Below are positions 26,283 through 39,642 of a stretch of DNA of 64,000 nt, piece after piece; the first letter of the stretch is position 1, and each line of letters opens with the position of its first letter. The position numbers and the translations under genes were made by a program. A model generated the notes under the pieces. It made no database searches. It was given only the letters and a program-made list of their open reading frames with translations, and had not been told where the DNA came from. The stretch is from Mustelus asterias (Eukaryota), in NCBI RefSeq assembly GCF_964213995.1, contig NC_135811.1:84258001-84322000 (forward strand), read 5' to 3'.

Positions 26283-26590
26283 TGGGTGGCACGGTGGCAC
26301 AGTGATTAGCACTGCTGCCTCGCAGTGCCAGGGGCCCAGGTTCCATTCCCGGCCTAAGTCACTCTGTGCAGAGTCTGCACATTCTCCCCGTGTCTGCCTG
26401 GGTTTCCTCCAGGTGCTCCAGTTTTCTCCCACAGTCTGAAAGATTTGCAGGTTAGGTGCATTGGCCATCCTAAATTCTCCCTCAGTGTACCTGAACAGGT
26501 GCCAGAGTGTGGCAACTAGGGGATTTTCACAGTAACTTCATTGCAGTGTTAATGTAAGCTGACTTGTGCCATTAATAAATAAACTTTAAA
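26283..26590 (+). mobile_element. HE1-like SINE (tail B)
   Basis: Head plus CACAGTAACTTCATTGCAGTGTTAATGTAAG tail. Confidence 0.88.
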
Positions 26591-27011
26591 AAGAATTGGC
26601 ACAGACCTAAAAGAGCAGAGCAGGTAGGTAAGTAAACTCTTTGCCGTTAGACGCTAGCTTCTTGTGCACCACCACCTCCCTCCCCTCCCCGCCCTCCCCA
26701 TCCTGCACTGCCCACCACTGCTCCACAGGCAGCCTCGTCTTGAGTCATCTCGGTCCTATGTTCTGGAATTTCTTTCTTAAACTCCTCCCTCTTATCCTTC
26801 AAGGAGCTCCTTAAAACGTACCTCTTTGATCAAGTTTTTGGTCACCCCATCTAATATCTTCTTTGACTTGGCATCCATTTTGAACTGTGGAATTTCAATC
26901 TAGTCTATGAAAAAAATAATGAATAAAAATCTAGTATCAGTAACAGTGACCATTAGGCTATCAGATAGCCATAAAAATCCATCTCATTCACTCACTATAG
27001 TCCTTCCTGAC

Positions 27012-27345
27012 ATTGTGATCTCCTCTAGCTCCACAACCCTCTGATCTGCACTTATCTAATTCTGACACCTTGAGCATTCCCAATTTTAATTACTCCACAA
27101 TTGGCAACCATGTTTTCTAGGACCTAAGGTCTGGAATTCTCTCCCTAAACAGCGTGGCTTCTTTACTTTGCTTTCCACCTTTAAGGCATTGCTTGAAACC
27201 TACCTCTTTGGCCAACCTCTTGCCCATCTGTCCTCATATCGGCTTACGTGGCTAGGTGTTACATTTTGCTTTATCATGTTCCTGTTAAGTATTTTAGGGT
27301 GTTTTATTGGATTGAAGGCTCTATATCAGTGCAAATTGTTGATAA
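27012..27345 (+). mobile_element. L2-clade LINE 3' remnant
   Basis: TCTGGAATTCTCTCCC...TGAAACCTACCTCTTTG...AAGGCTCTATATCAGTGCAAATTGTT resembles L2 3' ends; shorter copies near 26730-26880 and 63700-63790. Confidence 0.6.
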
Positions 27346-27489
27346 CATTGATGGTGATGATGAAAATCTTCTGCCATGTTCAGATCGGCCCCATATATGA
27401 TCCAGAACGCTAGCTCTGAGACTCTTACTACCCTCTGAATGGCCTGGCAAGCTCCTTAGTTGTCAAGAAGGTAGCTCATCACAACCTCA

Positions 27490-28170
27490 TACAAGGAGTA
27501 CAAAAAGTTAGCATGAAAGCACAGTGAGCAATTAGGAAGGCAATGGCACGTTGGCTTTTAATGTATAAAGTTTGAAGTACAAGAACAGGGAAACTTTTCT
27601 ACAATTGTATAAAGCTTTGGAGAGATCACCTCCGGAGTAGGCTACACAGTTTTGGTCTTCATATCTAAGAAAGGGTATACTTGCCTTGGAGCTGGTACTG
27701 TGAAGGTTCACTAAATTGACCTGAGTTGTGGCGAGGGAGGGTTGTCTTGTGTTGAACGGCTGAGTACCCTGGGCCTTTACTCTCTGGAGTTTAGAAGAAT
27801 GAGAGGAGATCTCGCTAAAACATCCAAGGTTCTGGAGGGTGTTCACAGGGTTAACAATGAGACATGTTTTAACAGGCTTGGGAATCTAGAAAACAGGGAC
27901 ACGAACTCGGGATAAGGGGTTGATAACTTAGAACTGGAACAAGGAGAGATTTCTTGACTCGAAGGGTTGTGAATATTTGGAATTCTGGCTATTGCAGAGG
28001 GCTTGATCGTTGACTGTATCCATGACTGAGTTAGATAGATTTTTGGTTTCAGGGAATCAAGGGTTGTGGTGAGCAGGCAAGAAGAGGTTTTAAAACCATA
28101 GGTCAGCCATGATCATATTGAACAGCGGAACAGGTTTGAGAGGCTGTTTGATCTAATCTTAGTTCTTATG
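27490..28170 (+). mobile_element. Old CR1 3' fragment
   Basis: Decayed LEY..QFWS and YSLEFRRMRGDL coding motifs plus 3' UTR. Confidence 0.8.
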
Positions 28171-28934
28171 TTGTCAAGAGCAATTGGGGGTTAGGATAAT
28201 TGTTAGTCTTGCCAGCATCCATATTCTGCAAATGGGGAAAAAAAGTTAAAAAGTGAACTTAAAAAACAGTAAATGAGCAAATATTAAAATTTGCATTTTC
28301 ATCGTGATTTTTAATCTTTGCTAAATTCCTCCAATAGTTGGGACACAATAGTTTGCAGTTGCACGACGTACAAGTTATAATCAATCTTCTTATGCAGTGA
28401 TTATTTTTCCCCTTTCCCCAGAAGTTATCTAATATCATTATTGGTTTTTGGAATTCACAAAAGGGCTATTTCTCGAATGTTCCGGATGAAACATTTATCA
28501 TCCCTGGATTTTTCAAATCAATACCATCAAAGCAGTTGTCAGGGATGTACATACATAACTGTTAAATTCAAAAGTACTTGTCAATCAAGAAGTTATCTGA
28601 ATAAATCAGACAGTGCGTTTGTGTTTGAATTGAAACCCGAAGCCCAACTGCCTGGAGATCAAACCAACCAGTTGTCAAAACCACCACTTCAGCTGGGGCA
28701 TGAGATCTGTGAGTGAGCCATATTTTTAACAAGATAAAAAAAAACTTTGAATGTACAATGGCAGAATGCAAGAAGTTAACATTGAACTTTTTGTCACAAT
28801 CCTCCTCCCTTTCACAAAAGTGAAACCTGAATCAGTTTGTGATTTTAAAAAAAACTTATCCTAGAAGCTGCCTTCAACATCAAAACTTTAAGGAGTTGAT
28901 ACTGGAAAATGGCTCAGGGAAGTTCAATTTGGAC

Positions 28935-29258
28935 TAGAATCATAGAATCTCTACTGTGTAGAGGAGGCCATTTGGCCTATCGAGTCTACACTGACCACAA
29001 TCATACCCAGGCCTTATTTCCATAACCCCACATATTTACCCTGCTAATCCCCTGACACTAAGGTCAATTTACAATGGTCAATCAATCTAACCTGCACATC
29101 TCTGGACTGTGGGAGGGAACCGGAGCATCCGGAGGAAACCCACGCAGACACGGGGAGAACGTGCAAACTCCACGCAGACAGTGACCCGAGGCTGGAATTG
29201 AACCCAGCTCCCTGGCGCTGTGAGGCAGCAGTGCTAACCACTGTGCCACTGTGCCGCC
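28935..29258 (-). mobile_element. HE1 SINE (CR1 tail)
   Basis: Head and tail motifs on minus strand. Confidence 0.9.
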
Positions 29259-29414
29259 ACTGGAAGCCAGCAATGACGCTGCAACTTAGCGAAATCCTCA
29301 AACATTTGCAAATGTTACTGGTTGGATCGATCGGAAAAGCATGATTTTTTTTCAATTTCTTTATAAAGCACCAGGTAACAGCATTTTCAACTCTATCTCC
29401 TATAATGCAAATAA

Positions 29415-29610
29415 ATATATCACCATTCCTTCGCAGTCGCTGGGGCAAAATCCTGAAATATCTCTCCCTAACGGCATTGTAGGTCAACTCACAGCACGTG
29501 GACTGCAGCGATTCAAAAAGGCAGCTCATTCCCACCTCCTCAAGGGCAACTAGGGCTGGACAATAAATGCTGGCCAGCGACGCCCATGTCCCACAAATGA
29601 ATTTTTAAAA
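29415..29610 (+). mobile_element. 3' end of a second CR1-type lineage
   Basis: GGACTGCAGCGATTCAAAAAGGCAGCTCA...AATAAATGCTGGCCAGCGACGCCCATGTCCC, shared with 37570-37670 and 45030-45075. Confidence 0.7.
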
Positions 29611-30417
29611 AAGGCCCTAAATCCCTCCCCCCTGGCGAAATGAATTGGTAGGAATCTGTTGAATGCAGAGGAATAGAAGAGAATTGTGGTAAATTGATTG
29701 CAGGTGCAGAAATTTGTTTGGTGGAATTACTTGGCAAGTGATTCATTTTCATTCCTTAATTATAATTGTAGCTGTTGAGAAAAAGAATGATGTCTCAGGA
29801 GGTGATAAGGTTTGCAGATGTGATGAGGATCTTGATGCAAACTTTATCCACTGCCATTGGGTTGCACTGAAGTAAAGTGGTTACATGTGTTTACTAACGT
29901 GATGGCGGTCTAGCTCATGGGTCACAAAGTCAAATGATTTGAGATCTCCAAGATCCACTTCAAGAGGTCAGTTCGCCTCAGTTTGTGTTTGTTTTTGCAT
30001 CAGGTGCAGTATAACGAGAGCTATTGCAAAGGTGCCCAGCTTTAAAAAAAAATGTTTTGTTTTCCAAGTTTTTTTATGTTAGGACGAAGCTTTGCACCGC
30101 TCTTACTGAGCTATGGCAATTTGCCAATGGAGGGTGTGAAACTCTGCAGACACTTGCATGCATGTTGGTATGCACAGAGCTCCTTTATTGCTGAACTAGG
30201 TACAGCTTGTACTTACCAGTATTACTCAGCTGAGTTCATGACCCAAGCCATTTCCGAATACAAGTATTTTGAGCAGAATTTGAGCAGAAGTATTTGGAGA
30301 AGCTGCAGTTTAATCATTGCTAATATTTGAATCCTCAAAGAGACTGCATATTAGACAGTGACAAGAGGGAAGAAGTTGTAATCATTGATCTTGCATTTGA
30401 TATAGTGGCTTCTGGAT

Positions 30418-30720
30418 CACAGAATCCTGACAGTGCAGAAGGAGGCCATTCAGCCCATCGAGTCTGCACTGACCACAATCCCACCCGGGCCCTATTCCCA
30501 TAACCCCACATATTAACCCTGTTGATCCCCTGGCACTAGTGTCAATTTAGCATGGCCAATCAACCTGACCTGCACAGCTTAGGGCTGCGGGAGGAAACTG
30601 GAGCACCGGGAGGGAACCCACGCAGACACAGGGAGAACGTGCAAACTCCACACAGACAGTGACCCGAGGCCAGCGGAATTGAACCCGGGTCCCTGGCACT
30701 GAGGCAGCAGTGCCACCCCA
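30418..30720 (-). mobile_element. HE1 SINE (CR1 tail)
   Basis: Head and tail motifs on minus strand. Confidence 0.88.
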
Positions 30721-30789
30721 AATAATTTACAGCTAGTTCATTACTTTGGATGGTCACTGGCTCTTAGGTAAATACAGAAGCCGATTTGT

Positions 30790-31090
30790 GTACATTAAGG
30801 TCCCACACACAGCAATGACCTCAAAGTTACTCAGTTTTCAGTGGTGCTGGTTAAAGGATAAATATCGGCCAAGGCACTGTGAGAATTCTCTTGTCTTGCT
30901 TGACTTGTGCGGTGGGATCAATTATATCCACTTGAGTGCAGGCAGCCACTTCGTTTAACATCTCATTTAAAAGAAAAAAATCTCTGACAATGCAGTATTC
31001 CCTTATAGCACTGACAAAAGTGCAAGCTTAGATTGCATGCAAAAATCAAGAAGGTCACAAACCCATTCAAAGGCAGCCTGACTGCGAGCA
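30790..31090 (-). mobile_element. Decayed DeuSINE-type element
   Basis: GTTTAACATCTCAT...TCTGACAATGCAGTATTCCCT resembles the reverse complement of the Deu domain; a plus-strand relative is split across about 44430-44520 and 45640-45840. Confidence 0.55.
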
Positions 31091-31345
31091 CAACTGTGCC
31101 AACATTATGCCACGCTGGTAGTAAGAATGAATAACAATGAGGAGGATGAATTGCTCCAGTTTGTGGTGTTAGGGAAACTTTTTAACCCAGAAATGTGAAA
31201 TTATTGCACATGCTTGCCTACAGGCTTTCTGAGAACTTTTCCACTGGAACTTGTGGTTATTAGAAATCCAAAGGGTGGCACAGTGGTTGGCACTGCTGGC
31301 TCACAGCACCAGGGAACTGAGTTCAATTCCAGCCTCTGGTGACTG

Positions 31346-32559
31346 TGTGGAAGGCAATTTTAAATCAGCTAATTAAATTCATAGATCGATGTAGTCCTTG
31401 TCGTGACAGAATAGCTAGAGGGGATTAAATGTTTCTATCTAACGAGTTGATGTTAACAGTTTGCTCATGTGAATGCAATGACAATATTAAAACAAAATGA
31501 ATATGATTTTAAAGTACATATTGAAGTATTCAATGTATTTTAATGTGTTGTCCATCTTAGTCAAAAGTGTGAATGCTGCAGAAAGTAATGATAAGGTCAG
31601 AAGTTCAAAGCTGGGAATCCACTAGTCAGTAGAAATAAGCATTAGAAGTTTCAAGACCCGGTACAAATGTTGTAACATTATAGAGGTGTACATTGTCCAG
31701 ACATAGGAAAGTGTATTTCTAGGGCCCAGGGAGACACATCTCTCTCTGTCTTGGTGAAGTGCCTGTGGAAAAGGTTCAGCTATGGAAGTTTCCTTGAGTA
31801 TATAGCAACCAGGAAGTGGTTTTAGCCAAAGTGGGAAGATGCCTGGAATTAAAGGGACAAATGAAATATCATTATGTCGAGTGGCATGTTGCAATTGACT
31901 GAGCAACCGTTGTCAAAAACTGGACTGACATGTTAACACTAAATGAAATTAAATCTAAGCTAATAAGGAGGTGCATCTTAGATAGAATCATACAGTGTAG
32001 AAGGAGACCATTTGGCCCATCGAGTCTGCACCAGCCACAATCCCACCCAGGCCCTATTCCCATAACCCCCATGCATTTACCCTATCTAGCCCCCCTGACA
32101 CTAAGAGGCAATTTAGCATGGCCAATCCGCCTAGCTCGCACATCTTTGGACTGTAGGAGGAAACTGGAGCACCCAAAGGAAACCCACGCAGACACGGGGA
32201 GAATGTGCAAACTCCACACAGACAGTGATTGAAGCTGGGAATCGAACCCAGGTCCCTGAGGCAGCAGTGCTAACCACTGTGCCTTTATGCCACCCATATA
32301 ACAAAAGGTATAATTGATCTGTATTTTGGCTGAGTGCCTCAGATCTTTGGAGTGGTTTCACAGCACTGAATCTGGGCTGTTTGACCCTCTGAAAGCCTCC
32401 TACGGCGTATGTTAATGTATTGTCTAACTTGCATGATTTTTGTGTTTAAAGTAAATTTTGGCTACTTCCTTTGAATAGAGACTGCCTTTTGCGAGTTTTT
32501 CAAACAGAATCTAAGTTTATAGAAATCAGCCACCTTTTTCAAAGGAAACCCCCACTACA
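31346..32559 (+). mobile_element. Solo LTR inserted in an HE1 SINE (31272-31345 / 32560-32598) and itself containing an HE1 SINE
   Basis: Starts TGTGG and ends CCACTACA; GGTATAA at about 32307; AGTAAA at about 32450; homologous to 1022-1868(-). Confidence 0.72.
31983..32293 (-). mobile_element. HE1 SINE nested in solo LTR
   Basis: Head and tail motifs on minus strand. Confidence 0.9.
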
Positions 32560-33035
32560 GGAGTTTGCACATTCTCCCCGTGTCTGCATGGGTTTCCTTC
32601 TATCAGAGATTTGGGACTTGTGTTAGGAGGGTAAACAACTGTGATCCCCTTAATGAGTCACATTGAAGAATCCTTGCTGACACGTGCAGGCCCTGATATT
32701 TATGGGGAGGGTGGTGAAGAAAAGGGAGGCTGTTTCATGATTGGCAAACCTGGAAGAATACATTTCCGTCAGATCCCATTGGTGGGTGTGGGCGTGTTGG
32801 AGGGAAGGCAGTGGTGGATGTAATTGCAGGGCTGGAGCTGTGTATGAGCACAGAGGAGACTAACACCCTGGTAAGTCAGGGTGGTATGCAAACTCTCCTG
32901 CCCCTCCTGGCCCACAAGCAGTGCTGGAAGGGCACTTGCCTGTCCATTCAACAATCCTCAGCACTTACCAGCTTCCAGGTTCTGTGACAGCTGAGAAACC
33001 AGAACGACCAGGGTAGCAGCTGAAACTGAGATAAA

Positions 33036-34556
33036 GGGGGTGATTCTCCCGGCCTGCTGTGCTGCTTGAGTAGCATAGCAGGCCGGAGACATCATGGGGG
33101 ACCTGCAGCGGGACTTGTGACCAGCCGGATGCCAGTCACGAGTCTCCCAGGCAATGTTGTTGAATGTAATTAGCCTCGTGCTTCATATTGGCACGAGGCT
33201 GATTACCATATTGAAATTAGAATTCTGCCTCCTCCCCCACTGGGAGATGTTTCTACCAGTGGGGATTACAGCTGGACCCCATCAATGGGGACCAGGCATG
33301 AACATTCTGCTGGTGGGGACAGAAAAGATTGAGGCCCCCTTGGGAGGTCAGGGGCAGGGAGGGTGCCCCTAGAGCAGTGCACACTGGGCACATAAGAACA
33401 TAAGAACATAAGAAATAGGAGCAGGAGTAGGCCATCTAGCCCCTCGAGCCTGCCCCACCATTCAATAAGATCATGGCTGATCTGAAGTGGATCAGTTCCA
33501 CTTACCCGCCTGATCCCTGTAACCCCTAATTCCCTTACCGATCAGGAATCCATCTATCCGTGATTTAAACATATTCAACGAGGTAGCCTCCACCACTTCA
33601 GTGGGCAGAGAATTCCAGAGATTCACCACCCTCTGAGAGAAGAAGTTCCTCCTCAACTCTGTCCTAAACTGACCCCCCTTTATTTTGAGGCTGTGCCTTC
33701 TAGTTCTAGCTTCCTTTCTAAGTGGAAAGAATCTCTCCACCTCTACCCTACCCAGCCCCTTCATTATCTTATAAGTCTCTATAAGATCCCCCCTCAGCCT
33801 TCTAAATTCCAATGAGTACAAACCTAATCGGCATTGGGCACCAGGTAGTGCCAAGGGGGCAGTGAAAGATGGGCGGGGCCTATTGGGGGTTGATCGGTGG
33901 GGGGGCGGGGGGGACCTGCTGCACACTCTGCAATGGGATCGGTAGGCGAGGGAGGGAGGAGGTAATCTGGGCAGCCTGGGAGGGTGGTGGAGGCAGGATG
34001 CCTCACATCCTTTGAAAAGTACCTGGATGAGTACTTGGCATGCCATAACATTCAAGGCTATGGGCCAAGTGCTGGCAAGTGGGATTAGGTGGGCAGGTCA
34101 GGGCCTTTCATGCATCGGTGCAGACTCAATGGGCCGAAGGGCCTCTTCTGCACTGTAGTATTCTGTGATTCTATGGTGGGGGGGTGAGATCAGGGCTGGG
34201 GCATGGGGGACTGGCGATTGGAGCTGGCCCGGTGGGTCAACTGGCTGGTGATCCGGGGTGGTCGGGTGGACTGGTGATCCGGGGGAGGGGGGGTGCGATC
34301 AGGGGAAGGAGGCCAGAGTTGGGGGGGGTGATCTCCCCACTGAAAGATCGGCGCATGGGCAGTAGCCCGCTCAGCACGCTGATTTCCGGCGGGTTGAGGC
34401 CCTGTCCCCCACTTTCCGGCGTGAATCCCCCGAAGCTCTCTGTGGAGCACAGAGTTCCGGCGATTTGTAAAACTAAGTGCGCTCAAAGAATGGGCGGGAA
34501 AATCTCCTGTTTTCCCACCTGTCGGGCACTTAACTTTCTTTGGGGAAAATCCCGGC
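33036..34556. mobile_element. Large Harbinger-like non-autonomous element carrying CR1 insertions
   Basis: Termini GGGGGTGATTCTCCC / GGGGAAAATCCCGGC resemble the MITE TIRs; G-rich internal tracts. Confidence 0.5.
33389..33826 (-). mobile_element. Young CR1 3' fragment
   Basis: Open LGLYSLEFRRLRGDLIETYKIMKG...FFSQRVVNLWNSLP frame; (TTCTTATG)n tail. Confidence 0.92.
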
Positions 34557-34679
34557 TGAAATCTTACACATGCAGCCTCATCAAACTATTTAGGTGAGGG
34601 ACCAGTCTCCTGAGAGATCTTCCCCCAACCCGGCATGCCATCCTCTACTAAAACTGGATGTGGATGGAGGTTTGGGTTT

Positions 34680-34972
34680 GTGTGGCACGGTGGCACAGTG
34701 GTTAGCACTGCTGCCTCACAACTCCGGGGACTTGGGTTTGATTCCCGGCTTGGGTGACTGTCTGTGTGGAGTCTGCACGTGCTCCCCGTGTCTGCGTGGG
34801 TTTCTTCCGGGTGCTCCGGTTTCCTCCCACAGTTCGAAAGACGTTGCTGGTTAGGTGCATTCTCCCGCAGTGTATCTGAACAGATGCCACAGTGTGGCGA
34901 CTAGGGGATTTTCACAGTAACTTTATTGCAGTGTTAATGTAAGCCTGCTTGTGACACTAATAAATAAACTTA
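34680..34972 (+). mobile_element. HE1-like SINE (tail B)
   Basis: Head plus type-B tail. Confidence 0.88.
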
Positions 34973-35859
34973 AACAAAATTTAACATTTTTAACTTCAGA
35001 TATGCAGCAAACCTTCCTATACTTGGCCTGTATTTGAATCAGGGGGGTAAGTTAGCATTGTTAAGTCAGTGCCAAATTATGTGCAGAAAGCAAAGGCAAG
35101 AGAGGGAAGAAAGATGGGATTTTTTTGTTCCAAGTTGGCTGTCTTTAATCAAGGTTGTAGCAAGAGGTACACTGCTATTAGTCCCAATGTTTTTGCCTGC
35201 AGTTCGCTGCTCTGACCATTAATTACTGAGACGACACACTTGGTTGTGTTAAGAAGTCAATTAAGTATTCAGATAGGAAGCATTGGATATATCCCTGATA
35301 AAATGATTGGTGCATTATTTTAATAGATGCAAGCTACTTAGAAAAGAGCAAATCATTTTCTGTTTCTGCAGAATCCGATGCTGTCAGGTTTGTTTCACGC
35401 TGTGAACAATACTTTACACATACCTTGCACATCAAACAGTTTCTTGTTTCTTTTTATCACAATTTTACCATGCCTTGAGTTCAACCGTGCGTTTGGAGGA
35501 TTCAAAGTGCTCCTGACGCGGGTGCATTGATGAGCATTTGTATTCCATCGCTGGGATTTGCATGTTAGCACAGCCTGCATCAAACTCTGACACTAAGCAT
35601 CATTCTGAGCGACTGCCTGTGTTGTCCTATCTCAGACATTCACAGTCTTTCCCTCAACTACATCAGTCTGTTTTAGGAGAAAAAAAATGCTTAAACATTG
35701 ACATGAAAGCAATTTCAATGTATAAGAACAGATGTAATACTTTGATACATGAACAGGACAATTTTGGTAATATTACCCACTAAATATCTGAGCAGAATAA
35801 TTGTATTAGTTGCATGCGAATGATTGAGGTAAGTAGACAAATCCCTCAGAAGTTTCACC

Positions 35860-36210
35860 TTTAGATCATAAGACCATAAGATGTAGGAGTAGAAGTACAC
35901 CATTCGGCCCATTGAGTCTGCACCAACGTTCAATCAGGTCATGACTGATCTGATAATCCTCAACTCCACTTTTCTGCCTTATCCCCATAACCCTTGAATC
36001 CTTCACTGATTAAAATCTGTCTATCTCAGCCTTGAACACACTTAATAACCCGACCTCTACAGCCGTCTGTGATAGAGAATTCCACAGATTCACTACCCTC
36101 TGAGAGAAGAAATTCTCCTCATCTTTGGTTGACCCCTTGCTCTGAGATTATACCCTCTGGTCATAGACTCTTCCACAAGGGGAAACAACTTCTCAGCATC
36201 TACATTAAGA
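35860..36210 (-). mobile_element. CR1 3' fragment
   Basis: CR1 3' UTR and RVVNLWNSL-coding region on minus strand. Confidence 0.8.
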
Positions 36211-36709
36211 ATCCTATATGTCTTTATTCTTCAATGCCTTGCAAGTTTCCTCAATATTCCCTTATATCCCTCAGCTTTTGTGCACCTATCAATATAGCTC
36301 AATTTTCCATAATATCCTGTTGTGTGCAATAATATCCTCAGATATTGTTTCATACGTATTGCTTTTTTAGTGACCTTTCCTCTCTTACAGTTCTTCTTTT
36401 CTTTGACATGAGCATTTCAAGGATTGGTGAAATGATATGATGGGTTCTTTATTTGGAGACAAGACTATAGATAGATTTACTGGGAGGCTAATTATAGTAT
36501 GTCTGACTTCCATCAGCACTGTTCGTAGACTGACTGCAAGGCATGGGGCTAATACATCATATTCTGTCAAGGTAAAAATGATTGATTGTGCTTGAGTAAT
36601 GCCTCCTGTATGGACATCATATCACAACATCCTGCAGCAAAAGGTCAGAAGTGAAGATGATTGTTGCTGATTGCTCATTGTCCAGTACCATTCGTGACTC
36701 CTCAGATAC

Positions 36710-37670
36710 TGAAGCAGTTCATGTGTGCGTTAAGGCTGGAACAATATGCACACTTGGGCTGATAAGTCACAAGTAATATCTGTGGCGCACAAATGTGAGG
36801 CAATGGACAATATCCAAAAAGAGTCTATCCAACTCTCCTTGTCTTTCCGATGGCCTCACCATCATTGAATCCCGCCCTCACCATCAACATCCTAGGGGTT
36901 ACCATTGACCAGAAGTTTAACTGGTCCAGCCATATACTGTAGCTATAAGACCAGATCAGAGGCTGGGAATTCTGCTGAGAGTAACTATGATTCCCCAAAA
37001 TCTGTTCACCAACTACAAAACACAAGTCAAGAGTGTGATGAAAGAGTACAGTTCTAACAACACTCAAGAAACTTGATGCCATCCAGGACAAAGCAGCCTG
37101 CTTGGTTGGCACCCTATCCACCACCTTAAACCTACACTCCATAGGTACTGATGCACAGTGGCAGCAGTATGTAACATGTCCAAAATGCACTGTAGAAATT
37201 TGCCAAGTCTCCTTCAATGGCACCTTCCAAATACACAATTTCTAACACCTGGAAGGACATGGACAGCAGTTCAGACTGCATCTGTGGGGAAGGGTCTGAC
37301 AAAGGATCATCTACACTCAAGTTGGCTCTATTCTCTCTCCATGGATGCTGTCAGACCTGCTGAGATTTTCCAGCATTTTCTGATTTTGTTTCAGATTCCA
37401 GCATCTGCAGTATTTTGCTTTTATGGACAGCAGTTGCTTGGGAACACCACCAAGCTCCCCTGCAAGCTCCCCTCCAAGCCAGCCTGTCTAGGAATTATAT
37501 CATTATTTCTTCAATGTTGCTGGGTCAAAATCCTGGAACTCCCGAACAGTGATATGAGTGTATCTACTCAACATGGACTGCAGTGATTCAATATGTCAGC
37601 TCACCACCGACATCTCAAGGTTCATTGGGGATGGACAACAAATTCTGGCCTTTCTACTGATCACATTTAA
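36710..37670 (+). mobile_element. Old CR1-type LINE 3' region (second lineage) with a Penelope-type insert
   Basis: Decayed NILGVTIDQKFNWSSH, YKTQVKSVM and LDAIQDKAACL motifs. Confidence 0.75.
37272..37422 (+). mobile_element. Penelope-type pseudo-LTR insert with a decayed hammerhead
   Basis: 13-bp TSD ATGGACAGCAGTT (37259-37271, 37423-37435); TCTGACAAAGGATCATCTACACTCAAG is a broken CTGANGA...GAAA. Confidence 0.65.
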
Positions 37671-37802
37671 TGAAAGAATCAAAATAAAGAGGTTCTGGTC
37701 AAGTTTATGTTTCTCTTTGTTATGTACTGTATGTCTTGTTTGGTTTGCCATACTTTACAAGCCAGTGCATTATGGGTTTGCAGAATCCATATTGTTTGTT
37801 AA

Positions 37803-38128
37803 TCATAGGATCCTGAGTGCAGAAGGTGGCCATTTGGCCATTGAGTCTGCACCTACTCTCCAAAAGACCATCTTACCCAGGCCCACCCCCCTGCCCTATC
37901 CCCATAACCCCACCTAACCTGCACATCTTTGAACACTAAGGGGCAATTGAGCATAGCCAATCCACCTAAACTGCATGCACATTTTGGACTGTGGGAGGAA
38001 ACTGGAGAACCTGGAGGAAACCCATGCATTCATGGAGAGAATGTGCAAACTCCACACGGTCACTCAAGGCTGGAAGCGAACTGGAGTCCTTGGCACTGTG
38101 AGGCAGCAGTGCTAACCACTGTGCCACT
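37803..38128 (-). mobile_element. HE1 SINE
   Basis: Head and tail motifs on minus strand. Confidence 0.85.
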
Positions 38129-39642
38129 GTTCATTTTAATAAGCGAAGTATAATAAATGGCATTTGCAATGTTTAATTACCTCTATGCTTAAGTGAGAAT
38201 TGATTAATCTTGAAAGTTATCAATACTACAAGTATTAAAACATAGCAAAGAGGTGATGAGGTTGATGGATCTTTACGGTCATGCCTTGAAAAGTGAAACT
38301 AAAGTAAGGGAACTTTTTTCTACCATGAATCGCATGTTGGATTTGAACGATACCACAGTATTGGCAGAGGCAATTATTCTCGATAATGGGAAGGAGGAAG
38401 ATGCAGCAAAAAATACCAGGAAAGAGCTATGGGCCAAGTGCTGGTAAATGGAATTAGGTGGAAGGTCAGCTGTTCCTCGCGTGTCAGTGCAGATTCGATG
38501 GGCCGCAGGGCCTCTTCTGCACTGTATGATTCTATGATTTCATGATTCTAGTGAAAGGAAATTATCAGTAAAAAATGGGAACAACAAAAGACAAAAAAGT
38601 AACTGATGAAGAGAAAATAAAAAGGCTGAAAATGACAACACTTACCAGATCTATGGGATATTTCGATGAGACTATTGAACACTGGAGCTCCTATACTGAA
38701 CGCTTTGCATTCTTTGTCCTTGCAAATGGAATTGAAGATGATAGAAATGTGGCAACTTCCTTAAATGTGATGGGAATTGTTCTGTGAGTAACTCGCCTCC
38801 TGATTCCCCTTTGGCTGATTAAGAAATTTGCAGCCTGACAAACCTGGCACAAATCTTCTAAAGATTTTGTACAAGTCCTGGAGGCACATTTTTCCCCTAA
38901 GCCACTTGTCGTAGCGGAAAGCTTTAGGTTTCACAAAAGAAAATAAGAAGAGGGAGAAACAATTGCACGGTGTACTGCTCACTGAACATTGTGAATTCAA
39001 TGAAGCACTGAATGAGACAGGTTGGTCTGTGGCCTTCAGAGTGAAGCAATCCAGAACCACCCCCCACCCCCCTGACAGAGGCTATCCTTACCCTGTAGAA
39101 AGCCATAGAGATTGCAGTCTCCATGGAGTTGACTGGAAAAGAAGCACAGCAGCTGAGTGAATCAACTCAAGTGCATGACAGGACAACTGAACATGCACAC
39201 AGGATAGCAAGCAGCCGAGAATGTTGCCATAGTGAGAAGCCTGGTCACCATCCAACTGAGTGTTGGTGCATAGACCTTGAATGCCATCAGTGTGGCAAGA
39301 AGGGACACAATGAGTGTGCACATAAAAACAAGAAAAAATGAAGCAGTGAACCAGAGAAAAAGAAATCTGCAGTGTGGCGTAACAAGACAAATCTGCATGT
39401 CACATAGCAGGAATGGGAGTACCAGAAGGACACGGAGTCCAAAGAAGAAGTGCCTCTTTTATATCTTGTCAGTGGCAGATGGTTTACAGGGCCACTGTTG
39501 GAGGGACGGCCAATGCATATGAACTGGATACAGGGCCAGCAATTTGTCTGGTTCCAGATGCTGTGTATGAGGAGAAGCTTAAACATCTTCACTTGATGCC
39601 TGCAAAAATCATTCTGAAAACATATACAAGAGAATCTGTACC

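Noticed and set aside
28422-28565. Polypyrimidine-CAG followed by open frame KLSNIIIGFWNSQKGYF
   Set aside because: No convincing donor or known homology; needs RNA-seq. The same applies to the micro-exon-like sites at about 22388 and 35372.
31622-31906. 94-aa ORF with apparent similarity to translations of 1300-1560
   Set aside because: The similarity comes from two copies of a non-coding LTR; the frame is broken in the other copy.
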